From: an uncultured Gammaproteobacteria bacterium
Lineage (GTDB): Bacteria > Pseudomonadota > Gammaproteobacteria > GCA-002705445 > GCA-002716945
Length of the DNA stretch: 59,352 bases
Direction of reading: 5' to 3'
Assembly (NCBI GenBank): GCA_902535975.1
Contig: CACAVP010000001.1
Coordinates: 72,352 to 131,703, forward strand
The stretch's first letter is position 1, and each line of letters begins with the position of its first letter. Shown here piece by piece: positions 48,489 through 59,352 of this stretch. Made by a program: the position numbers and the translations under genes. The notes below the pieces were generated by a model. The model saw nothing but the letters and a program-made list of their open reading frames with translations. It had not been told where the DNA came from and ran no database searches.

Positions 48489-50507
48489 TTATGTTTTAAC
48501 TTTTGGCAACATTAAGTATTTTTCTTGTAAGTCATTAATTTGATCTCTAATTTTGGCAGCATCCTCAAATTCTAGATTCTTTGCATGATTATACATCTCT
48601 TTCTCCAGCTGAGTAATTATAGATGTGACATTATTACTATTAACCTTAGTAAGTTTTTTCTTGCTGTTACTTACGATTTGAAGTTTATCAAGCGAATCAT
48701 TATTAATATAAGTATCCTCATCCAAAGCCTCTCTTATATCTTTCTGAACACCGACAGGTTTTATATTATTAGATTTATTATAACTGACTTGAAGCTCTCT
48801 TCTCCGATTCGTCTCATCAATAGCTCGTTTCATCGATCCAGTAATCTCATCTCCATACAGGATGCATCTTCCGTTTATATTACGTGCAGCTCTTCCAATT
48901 GTTTGAATAAGTGATCTGTCAGATCTTAAAAAGCCTTCTTTATCAGAATCAAAAATTGCCACCAGTTCAACTTCAGGAATGTCTAAACCCTCTCTTAGTA
49001 GGTTTATTCCAACTAAAACATCAAATTCACCTTTTCTCAAATCTCTAATTATTTCAACACGCTCAACAGTATCAATATCAGAGTGAAGGTATTTTACTTT
49101 GATGTTATGCTCCTGAAGGTACTCTGATAAATTCTCAGACATTTTTTTTGTCAAAGTTGTTATCAAGACTCTATTACCATTTTCTATTACTTTATTGATC
49201 TCAGACAGTACATCCTCAACTTGACTCGATGATGGTCTAACATCAATCACAGGATCTACAAGACCAGTTGGACGAATAAGTTGTTCAATAATATCTTGTG
49301 ATTTATCTAATTCATATGGTCCAGGAGTTGCAGATACGTAAATTGTTTGAAATTCATATGATTCAAATTCATCAAATTTTAATGGACGGTTATCCATTGC
49401 AGAAGGCAGCCTGAATCCATAATCAACGAGGGTTTGCTTTCTCGATTGATCACCTCTATACATGCCTCCCATTTGAGGAACACCTACGTGACTCTCATCG
49501 ATGATTACTAGGCCATCTTTTGGCATATAATCTAGAAGACATGGCGGTGGTTCACCTGGACCTCTTCCAGAGAGGTATCTCGAATAATTTTCAATCCCAG
49601 AACAATAACCCATTTCCTTCATCATCTCTAGATCGTAGTTTGTTCTCTCTCTTATTCTCTGCTCTTCAATAAGTTTTGAATTATCAGAAAAAAATTTTAT
49701 CCTCTCTTTGAGCTCTTTTCGTATTTTAATCATTGCATCATCAATTATGTTCTGGGGGGTGACATAGTGAGTTTTCGGATAAATAGTAGTTCTATTTAAC
49801 TGCTTAACAATATCGCCGGTGAGGGGATCAAATAAAAAAATATTTTCAATCTCATCACCAAATAGATCTACCCTAACTGCATGCTTTTCTGAATCTCCAG
49901 GAAATATATCTATTACTTGACCTTTAACTTGGTATGATCCACGACGCAATTCTAGATCATTTCTTGTATATTGCAATTCAGTTAATTTTCTTAAAATGTC
50001 TCTTTGATTAATTATGTCTCCTTTTACTATATGTAATATCATTTTGAAATATGTTTCGGGATCACCTAGTCCATAAATAGCCGATACTGTTCCAACAACA
50101 ATTGCATCCTTTCGTTCAGTTAGAGATTTTGTAGCTGATAACCTCATCTGCTCAATGTGCTCATTCAAAGATGCATCTTTTTCAATAAAAGTATCGGATA
50201 CAGGAACATATGCCTCTGGCTGATAATAATCATAATAGGAAACAAAATACTCTACTGAATTTTTTGGAAAAAATTCTCTCATCTCTGCATATAGCTGGGC
50301 AGCTAGAGTTTTATTAGGAGCTAAAATTAATGTAGTTTTGTTCGTCTGGGCAATGATATTTGCCATAGTATATGTTTTTCCTGAACCAGTTACCCCCAAT
50401 AAAGTCTGATGTTTATGTTGTTTTTTTATGCCGTCAACCAGTGCCTTTATTGCTCTGGGTTGATCACCACTAGGCTTCATTTTTGATTCTATCGTAAGTC
50501 TTTTCAA
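48489..50507 (-). CDS. uvrB: Excinuclease ABC subunit B
   Basis: [47 protein letters not shown] and C-terminal UVR domain. Confidence 0.97.
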   Translation of the reverse strand: MKRLTIESKMKPSGDQPRAIKALVDGIKKQHKHQTLLGVTGSGKTYTMANIIAQTNKTTLILAPNKTLAAQLYAEMREFFPKNSVEYFVSYYDYYQPEAYVPVSDTFIEKDASLNEHIEQMRLSATKSLTERKDAIVVGTVSAIYGLGDPETYFKMILHIVKGDIINQRDILRKLTELQYTRNDLELRRGSYQVKGQVIDIFPGDSEKHAVRVDLFGDEIENIFLFDPLTGDIVKQLNRTTIYPKTHYVTPQNIIDDAMIKIRKELKERIKFFSDNSKLIEEQRIRERTNYDLEMMKEMGYCSGIENYSRYLSGRGPGEPPPCLLDYMPKDGLVIIDESHVGVPQMGGMYRGDQSRKQTLVDYGFRLPSAMDNRPLKFDEFESYEFQTIYVSATPGPYELDKSQDIIEQLIRPTGLVDPVIDVRPSSSQVEDVLSEINKVIENGNRVLITTLTKKMSENLSEYLQEHNIKVKYLHSDIDTVERVEIIRDLRKGEFDVLVGINLLREGLDIPEVELVAIFDSDKEGFLRSDRSLIQTIGRAARNINGRCILYGDEITGSMKRAIDETNRRRELQVSYNKSNNIKPVGVQKDIREALDEDTYINNDSLDKLQIVSNSKKKLTKVNSNNVTSIITQLEKEMYNHAKNLEFEDAAKIRDQINDLQEKYLMLPKVKT

Positions 50508-50567
50508 AATAATTTTCTCACTCTATATATTCATTCATGATATCATAGCCTTTTTAAAGGAACTCTA

Positions 50568-51749
50568 TTGAAATTATCAAATCGTATAAAATTAATCCAA
50601 CCGTCGTCTACTATGGCGCTTACATCAAAGGCAAATGAGCTTAAAAATCAAGGTGAAGATATCATAGTACTAACTGTTGGAGAGCCTGATTTTGATACAC
50701 CAGGATATATCAAAGAAGATGCGAAAAAAGCCATAGATGCGGGCGATACTAAATATACTGCAGTAGATGGTACTGCTGATTTAAAAAAAGCAATAGTAAG
50801 AAAATTTAAAAATGAGAATAACCTGGAGTATAACCTTGATGAGATAATTGTCTCAGCAGGTTGCAAGCAATCGATATTTAATTTTCTGCAAGTCGTCATA
50901 GATGATGGAGATGAAGTGATTATTCCGCAGCCTTATTGGGTATCATATGCGGATATGGTTAAGTATTCGGGTGGCAAACCGATCATGTTATCTACGAACT
51001 ATGAAGATAATTTTTCTATAGACATACATAAATTTGAATCCCTTATAACGGAACGTACAAAACTATTTATGATTAATAGTCCAAATAATCCCAGTGGAAA
51101 GTACTATGATACTGAGATGCTTATTAAATTATCTGAAGTTCTTAAAAAATATAATAATGTATTCATTTCCTCAGATGATATATATGAACACATACATTGG
51201 GGCTCTGAGAAATTTCATAACATCTTAAATGTTTGTCCAGAGTTAAAATCTAGAACGATAATATTAAATGGAGTGTCAAAAGCCTATTCAATGACAGGTT
51301 GGAGAATAGGTTATGCAGCTGGAAATTCTGAGATAATAAAAAAAATGAAAACTCTGCAGTCTCAAAGTACATCATGTGCTAGTTCGGTTTCACAAGCTGC
51401 GGCATGCTCTGCGCTTTCAAATACGTGCGAGGAAATGCCAATAATGAACAATGAGTATAAAAAAAGGCATGACTATGTAGTTTCTGAGCTTAATAAAATT
51501 GAAGGTGTCAAATGTAGGCCAACTGATGGTACATTTTATGTTTTCCCGTCATTTAAAAAATTTTTAGAGTTGAATAGCAACATATCAAATGATTCAGAAC
51601 TAGCATTGTATATCCTGGAGAAAGCTAAAGTAGCCGTTGTCCCGGGTAGTGCTTTCGGCATTGAAGGTCACATAAGGATTTCTATAGCCATTGATATGGA
51701 CTCTCTAAAAGATGCTATGCAAAGACTTCATTCCGCACTTAAATTATAA
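50568..51749 (+). CDS. PLP-dependent aminotransferase class I (aspartate aminotransferase-like)
   Basis: GEPDFDTP, NSPNNPSG, SDDIYE and SKAYSMTGWRIG. Confidence 0.93.
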   Translation: MKLSNRIKLIQPSSTMALTSKANELKNQGEDIIVLTVGEPDFDTPGYIKEDAKKAIDAGDTKYTAVDGTADLKKAIVRKFKNENNLEYNLDEIIVSAGCKQSIFNFLQVVIDDGDEVIIPQPYWVSYADMVKYSGGKPIMLSTNYEDNFSIDIHKFESLITERTKLFMINSPNNPSGKYYDTEMLIKLSEVLKKYNNVFISSDDIYEHIHWGSEKFHNILNVCPELKSRTIILNGVSKAYSMTGWRIGYAAGNSEIIKKMKTLQSQSTSCASSVSQAAACSALSNTCEEMPIMNNEYKKRHDYVVSELNKIEGVKCRPTDGTFYVFPSFKKFLELNSNISNDSELALYILEKAKVAVVPGSAFGIEGHIRISIAIDMDSLKDAMQRLHSALKL

Positions 51750-51808
51750 AGTATCAGACTTACTATCTTATTTAACTTAGAGTATTTTGTTGACAGATTT
51801 ATGACTTA

Positions 51809-51881
51809 CTCCTCGGGACGGACTCGAACCGCCGACCTGGTGATTAACAGTCACTCGCTCTACCAGCTGAGCTACCGAGGA
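51809..51881 (-). tRNA. tRNA-Asn (anticodon GTT)
   Basis: Acceptor TCCTCGG/CCGAGGA-G, anticodon loop CTGTTAA, T-loop TTCGAGT; no encoded CCA. Confidence 0.95.
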
Positions 51882-51892
51882 ATAATGACAAG

Positions 51893-51921
51893 ATATTAAT
51901 AAAAATGCATATAATCTTCAA
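51893..51921 (-). promoter_or_regulatory. Sigma70-like promoter for tRNA-Asn
   Basis: TTGAAG, 17 nt, TAATAT, ending 11 nt before the tRNA. Confidence 0.5.
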
Positions 51922-52058
51922 TCTTTAATTTACACATATTCAATGCAACATCTTATATGATAATGTTTTGATGTTTATAGTATCATTATTTAATTTTTAT
52001 AAGTGAAATTAAATTAAAAATTGATAATTTCTAAACAAATGTTTTTTAGCATCTCTTG

Positions 52059-52067
52059 TGATAAAAT
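52059..52067 (+). promoter_or_regulatory. Extended -10 element (TGaTAAAAT) upstream of fdxA
   Basis: 9 nt before ATG 52077; no SD present. Confidence 0.45.
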
Positions 52068-52076
52068 TACAATTAC

Positions 52077-52400
52077 ATGACATACGTAATAACTGAAAAT
52101 TGTATTAAATGTAAATATACAGACTGCGTAGAGGTTTGTCCTGTTGATTGTTTTCATGAAGGCCCTAATTTTCTAGTAATAAACCCTGAAGAATGTATTG
52201 ATTGTAGTTTATGTGAACCAGAGTGCCCAATAAATGCAATATTATCTGAAGATGATCTAAAAGATGAAGATAAAAAATATTTGGAGATCAACGATAGATT
52301 ATCAAAAAAGTGGCCATTAATCACCGAGGCCAAACCAGCTCCTGATGATGCTAAAGAGTGGGAAAATAAGCCAGATAAACTTAACTTACTTGAGGAATAG
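52077..52400 (+). CDS. fdxA: 7Fe ferredoxin (FdI type)
   Basis: [18 protein letters not shown] and [12 protein letters not shown]; DUF3470-like tail. Confidence 0.95.
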   Translation: MTYVITENCIKCKYTDCVEVCPVDCFHEGPNFLVINPEECIDCSLCEPECPINAILSEDDLKDEDKKYLEINDRLSKKWPLITEAKPAPDDAKEWENKPDKLNLLEE

Positions 52401-52401
52401 T

Positions 52402-53757
52402 TTACAGATTGTCAGTATTTTCAAAGATCTGAGGATGATAATCCTCGAATCTTGTGCAATGTGATAAGAAAGTTAATTTTGCCGTGCCCGTTGGTCCATT
52501 TCTATGCTTAGCTATATTTATTTCTGCCACATTTTTATCTTCTGAATTAGGATTGTAGACGTCGTCTCTGTAAATAAACATGACAACATCTGCATCTTGT
52601 TCAATAGAACCTGACTCTCTTAAATCAGACAGGAAAGGTCGTTTGTCATTGCGCTGCTCTAAGCTACGGTTTAATTGTGATAGTGCAATTATTGGTAGAT
52701 CTAATTCCTTCGCCAAACTTTTAAGCTGTCTGGTAATTGATGCAATTTCATTAACTCGATTCTCACTTTTTTCAGGCAATGTCATCAGCTGTAAATAATC
52801 TAAAATAATCATATCTATCCCAGTCTCACGCTTCATTCTTCTAGCCCTTGAGCGCAGAGTCATTGGAGTAATACTACCTGTATCATCGATATATAATGAA
52901 CAATCTTGCATCATATCAATAGCTTGAGTAACTGCTCGAGTATCATCATTTGAAGATTCATAGTCGCCTGTCCTTATTTTTGAAAATTCAACAGTACTCA
53001 GCGAAGATAGCATTCTAAGCGCAATAGACTGTGAAGACATTTCTAAACTAAAAAAACCAACTTTCTTTTTTTGTTTAAATACAATGTCTTGGGCAATATT
53101 CATGGCTAAGGCTGTTTTCCCCATTGAAGGTCTTGCAGCAATTACAATTAAATCAGAGTTTTGAAGGCCCCCCATTATTTCGTCTAGCTTTGAATAACCT
53201 GTTAAAAGGAAATCTGAAATATTACTATTTTTCTTATTATAAATAGAATCGACCATTTCATTGACTATGGGTCCTATTTTTATAAGGCCTTCATTTTTTT
53301 TTGTATCGGATGAGATTGAAAATATATCTGCCTCTGCCTTATCTAAAATAACTCTTACATCTTCTGTAGCATCATCGTGAATGCTCTCTATGGTTCTAGT
53401 GCTTGCTTCAATTAGCTTTCTCATAACTGATTTTTCTCTAACAATCTCAGCATATTTGACTATATGAGCTGATGTCGGCACCGTCTTTGCTAAATCTTTT
53501 AAATATTCAATGCCACCAACCTTAGATAATTTGTCTCGCGATTTAAGCGCTTCTTCAAGTATAAGAATATCAATAGGCTGATCATTTATTTGCAATGTAT
53601 AAATCTCTGAGAATATATCTCTATTTTTTACATCATAAAAATCTGTTGGTGTTATAAGATTTGAGATCTTTTCCCAAGATTCAGAATCAATAATTAATGA
53701 GCCTAACAGAGCTTTTTCAGAATCAATAGATACGGGTGTCTTTGGAATACTACTCAT
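52402..53757 (-). CDS. dnaB: Replicative DNA helicase
   Basis: AARPSMGKTA, FSLEMS, DYLQLM, LSQLNR, DLRESGSIEQDAD and KHRNGPTG; no intein. Confidence 0.97.
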   Translation of the reverse strand: MSSIPKTPVSIDSEKALLGSLIIDSESWEKISNLITPTDFYDVKNRDIFSEIYTLQINDQPIDILILEEALKSRDKLSKVGGIEYLKDLAKTVPTSAHIVKYAEIVREKSVMRKLIEASTRTIESIHDDATEDVRVILDKAEADIFSISSDTKKNEGLIKIGPIVNEMVDSIYNKKNSNISDFLLTGYSKLDEIMGGLQNSDLIVIAARPSMGKTALAMNIAQDIVFKQKKKVGFFSLEMSSQSIALRMLSSLSTVEFSKIRTGDYESSNDDTRAVTQAIDMMQDCSLYIDDTGSITPMTLRSRARRMKRETGIDMIILDYLQLMTLPEKSENRVNEIASITRQLKSLAKELDLPIIALSQLNRSLEQRNDKRPFLSDLRESGSIEQDADVVMFIYRDDVYNPNSEDKNVAEINIAKHRNGPTGTAKLTFLSHCTRFEDYHPQIFENTDNL

Positions 53758-53799
53758 AAAGTAATATTATATGATAATTAGATGATATAGAATCTTGAC

Positions 53800-54270
53800 T
53801 TAATTAGATTCTTGGTTTACTTCTGATTTTTCTACTACAATCTCAACGTCACAAGATACTTCTGAGTGAAGTGAAATATTTGCATGGAATGTCCCAAGTT
53901 CTTTAATAGCGCCCATGGGTAAATTAATTTGCTTTTTCTCAATATCAAAATTATCTGCCTTAATTTGGTCAGCAATATTTTGTAATGATACAGATCCAAA
54001 TATCTCATCGCTATCCTCTTTGACCTGAAGTTTATATACTTGTTTATAGCCTGAAAGCTTCTCTTTGATAGCTAGAGCTAATTCTTTGGCCTCTTGCTCT
54101 TTTTTCATGAGCTCATCTTTCATTTTGCTGATTATCTCGAGATTTTCTTCAGTTGGTGTAAGCGCAGATTTAGATGGCAATAGATGGTTTCTTGCAAAAC
54201 CACCCTTCACGTTGACTTCATCCCCAACTTTACCTAGATGTTTAACGTCTTTTAGTAGTACAAGTTTCAT
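53800..54270 (-). CDS. rplI: 50S ribosomal protein L9
   Basis: [21 protein letters not shown] and IFGSV. Confidence 0.95.
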   Translation of the reverse strand: MKLVLLKDVKHLGKVGDEVNVKGGFARNHLLPSKSALTPTEENLEIISKMKDELMKKEQEAKELALAIKEKLSGYKQVYKLQVKEDSDEIFGSVSLQNIADQIKADNFDIEKKQINLPMGAIKELGTFHANISLHSEVSCDVEIVVEKSEVNQESN

Positions 54271-54461
54271 TGTCTCTTATGGTTATCACAGTAAGGTAAT
54301 AAAGCGAGAAATCTTGCAATTTTTATCGCTTTATTCATTTTCCTTTGTTCACTCGCATTGAGCCCTGAAACCCTGCTTGGAATAAGTTTTCCTGCTTCAG
54401 AAATATATTTTTTTATGTAACCTAAATTTTTATAGTCAATATTGTTAATATTATTTTTCAT
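54267..54461 (-). CDS. rpsR: 30S ribosomal protein S18 (N-terminally shortened)
   Basis: [15 protein letters not shown] and [13 protein letters not shown]. Confidence 0.95.
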   Translation of the reverse strand: MKNNINNIDYKNLGYIKKYISEAGKLIPSRVSGLNASEQRKMNKAIKIARFLALLPYCDNHKRQ

Positions 54462-54465
54462 AATT

Positions 54466-54801
54466 TTATGATGCTGATTTAAGTTGATCTTTATTCATAA
54501 AAGAGGGCTCTGTTTGTGGTAATTTAGTATTTATAATCAAATGTCTCAAGATATGATCATTAAACTTAATCAATTCATTGAGCTGGTCAATGACGGTGGT
54601 GTCTGCTTTAAAGTTGATTAGTATATATCTTGCTTTATTTTCATTATTGATGTCATAAGCCATTTTAAGTGGTCCCCAATCTTCGTGTCTATCTATAGAG
54701 CCACCATTTTCAGTGATTACTGACTTATATTTCTCCACCGTTTGGTCAGTAAGAGAATCCTCTCCAACTGAAAACATTAATACTATCTCATAATTTTTCA
54801 T
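54466..54801 (-). CDS. rpsF: 30S ribosomal protein S6
   Basis: MKNYEIV, EDWG, MAYDI and ILRHL. Confidence 0.93.
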   Translation of the reverse strand: MKNYEIVLMFSVGEDSLTDQTVEKYKSVITENGGSIDRHEDWGPLKMAYDINNENKARYILINFKADTTVIDQLNELIKFNDHILRHLIINTKLPQTEPSFMNKDQLKSAS

Positions 54802-54861
54802 AATTTTACCTAGGGGAATACTACAGTACTAGACTAGATTTTTCAAATGTTGGCAACAATT

Positions 54862-57823
<2,962 letters not shown>

Positions 57824-57827
<4 letters not shown>

Positions 57828-58021
57828 ATGTTAAACACCAAGTAATAAATTATTAACCCAAAGATAATACATGCAAGACCAAATATTCTCAACGTCTTAT
57901 CCTTCATTTCTGTAATGTAATTCAAGGTTTGTTTGAATTTATCAGGATACAGTAATGGAAATATTCCCTCAATTATTAGTATAAATGCAATTACTAATGA
58001 GAGAGTTTGTAAACTAGTTAT
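57824..58021 (-). CDS. DUF2065 (YjeT-like) membrane protein with no canonical start codon (not in ORF track)
   Basis: (ATA)TSLQTLSLVIAFILIIEGIFPLLYPDKFKQ...LRIFGLACIIFGLIIYYLVFNI*. Conserved position after hflC; TGA overlaps the hisZ ATG. Confidence 0.8.
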
Positions 58022-58887
58022 TTTTTAACACCATCTGTATCGTTGAAATACTTAAAGAAATCAGAATCAGGCTCGAGCAGTATCATGTTGCTTTTGTCAT
58101 TGAAAGTAGACTTGTATGCCTCAAGACTTCTGTAAAATGAGTAGAATTCTGGGCTTGCAGAGAAAGCGTTTGCGTATATTTGTGTTGATTGTGCATCACC
58201 CTCACCTTTTATCTCTTGTGATTTCTTGTAAGCCTCCGCAATGATAGTTTCAGATTCTCTCTCTGCTAGTGACGTAATACCTTTTGCTTCCTCTTTACCT
58301 TTAGATCTAAAAGATTTGGCAACAGTAGCTCTCTCTTTTACCATACGGGCGTAGACAGAGTTACTTACCTCATCAGGTAGATCAACCTTCTTGAGTCTGA
58401 CATCAACAACAGTAATACCAAGTGCTTGAGATAATTGATTAGCGCCTTGTGTAACTTTTGCCATAATTTCAGTTCTATCGCCCGAAACAACATCATTTAC
58501 AGTCCTTTTACTGAATTCACTTTTTGTCAGGTCATTTACAATCTGAGACAACCTATTTACTCCTATTCTCTCATCACCTTTTGATGATCTATAGAAGTTT
58601 CTTGGATCAGATATTTTCCATTTTACAAAAGAATCCACAATCACATTTTTTTTCTCACTAGTAAGGAATTGTTCTGGTTTTGAATCCATAGTTAATATTC
58701 TAGAGTCATATTTTTTGACATTGTTAAGAAAAGGAATCATAAAATATAAACCTGGGTCATCGTAGGATGATACAATTTCACCTAGTCTGAATTTAATTAC
58801 CACTTCCCTTTCATCAACGATAAATGTTGCTGAAAAAGCTATTAATACAAGTGCAAGTAGTGCTGTAAGTATATTTCTATTATTCAT
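58018..58887 (-). CDS. hflC: FtsH protease modulator HflC
   Basis: SPFH domain; TSEKKNVIVD, DVRLKKVDLP and PEFYSFYRSLEAY. Confidence 0.95.
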   Translation of the reverse strand: MNNRNILTALLALVLIAFSATFIVDEREVVIKFRLGEIVSSYDDPGLYFMIPFLNNVKKYDSRILTMDSKPEQFLTSEKKNVIVDSFVKWKISDPRNFYRSSKGDERIGVNRLSQIVNDLTKSEFSKRTVNDVVSGDRTEIMAKVTQGANQLSQALGITVVDVRLKKVDLPDEVSNSVYARMVKERATVAKSFRSKGKEEAKGITSLAERESETIIAEAYKKSQEIKGEGDAQSTQIYANAFSASPEFYSFYRSLEAYKSTFNDKSNMILLEPDSDFFKYFNDTDGVKK

Positions 58888-59352
58888 TGTATAAATCCCT
58901 TTTACGTAAATTAAAGTTATTTTTATTACTGGTTATTCTGTCCATAATAGATGTATTATCAACTCCAGTAGAAGACTGATTACCCCCATCTTGATTTGCA
59001 ATTTTTGGCTGATTTCGATTGATAAGTTGGTCGAGTGGTAAGTACATCATATTATTACCCCCCTCTACATCTATCATTACCTTACTGCTATTGGATAAAA
59101 CTGATTCTACTGCCTCTAGATACAGTCTTTCTTTAGTCACTGCCGGTGCTTTTTTGTACTCGCTGTATAATTGAGTAAATCTTGATGCCTCACCTTCAGC
59201 TGCGTTAATAAGCTTGACTTTATAAGCAATAGCTTGTTCTAACATTTGTTTTGCTTGCCCTCGTGCTAACGGTATTATCTCATTTCTATACGCCTCAGCT
59301 TCATTTATATAACGCTGCTCATCTTCACGTGCTTTTATAGCATCAGAGAATG
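58880..59352 (-). CDS. hflK: FtsH protease modulator HflK, 5' part outside the window
   Basis: AREDEQR, AEAYR, AEGEASRF, APAVTKERLYLE and NMMYLPLD. Confidence 0.93.
   Translation of the reverse strand, partial: FSDAIKAREDEQRYINEAEAYRNEIIPLARGQAKQMLEQAIAYKVKLINAAEGEASRFTQLYSEYKKAPAVTKERLYLEAVESVLSNSSKVMIDVEGGNNMMYLPLDQLINRNQPKIANQDGGNQSSTGVDNTSIMDRITSNKNNFNLRKRDLYNE

Noticed and set aside
52402-53757. Intein in dnaB
   Set aside because: The protein is the normal length (451 aa) with contiguous helicase motifs.

Overview
AT-rich (roughly 30% GC by eye), gene-dense chromosomal segment from a streamlined bacterium. Gene order and sequence style point to a Gammaproteobacterium; a marine lifestyle is inferred, not shown. 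It is mostly core genome: glyA-nrdR-ribD-ribE-ribB(X)-ribH-nusB-thiL, purL, tmRNA, pntAB, iscR-iscU, infA, icd-aceA, mnmA-hflD, acnA, fumC, purB, prfB-lysS, tRNA-Val-thrS-infC-rpmI-rplT-pheST-ihfA-merR, uvrB, an aminotransferase, tRNA-Asn, fdxA, rpsF-rpsR-rplI-dnaB and hflK-hflC-DUF2065-hisZ-purA-rlmB. A patch of small accessory genes lies at about 13.8-25 kb. No CRISPR array, integrase, transposase or rRNA was seen. Most notable: (1) prfB has an intact +1 frameshift cassette whose slippery codon is GUU instead of CUU; (2) an uncharacterised three-gene MotA/ExbB-type ion-motor module sits between fumC and acnA; (3) an IscR orthologue has no cysteines yet lies behind an IscR type-1-like box; (4) a stand-alone sigma70 region-1.1-like protein; (5) a PD-(D/E)XK exonuclease occupies the usual recJ position and is coupled to prfB; (6) a lone soxB is coupled to msrPQ; (7) the isocitrate dehydrogenase has a remodelled coenzyme pocket; (8) several unannotated small ORFs and non-AUG starts. 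All family calls come from motif recognition by eye; no database search was run.
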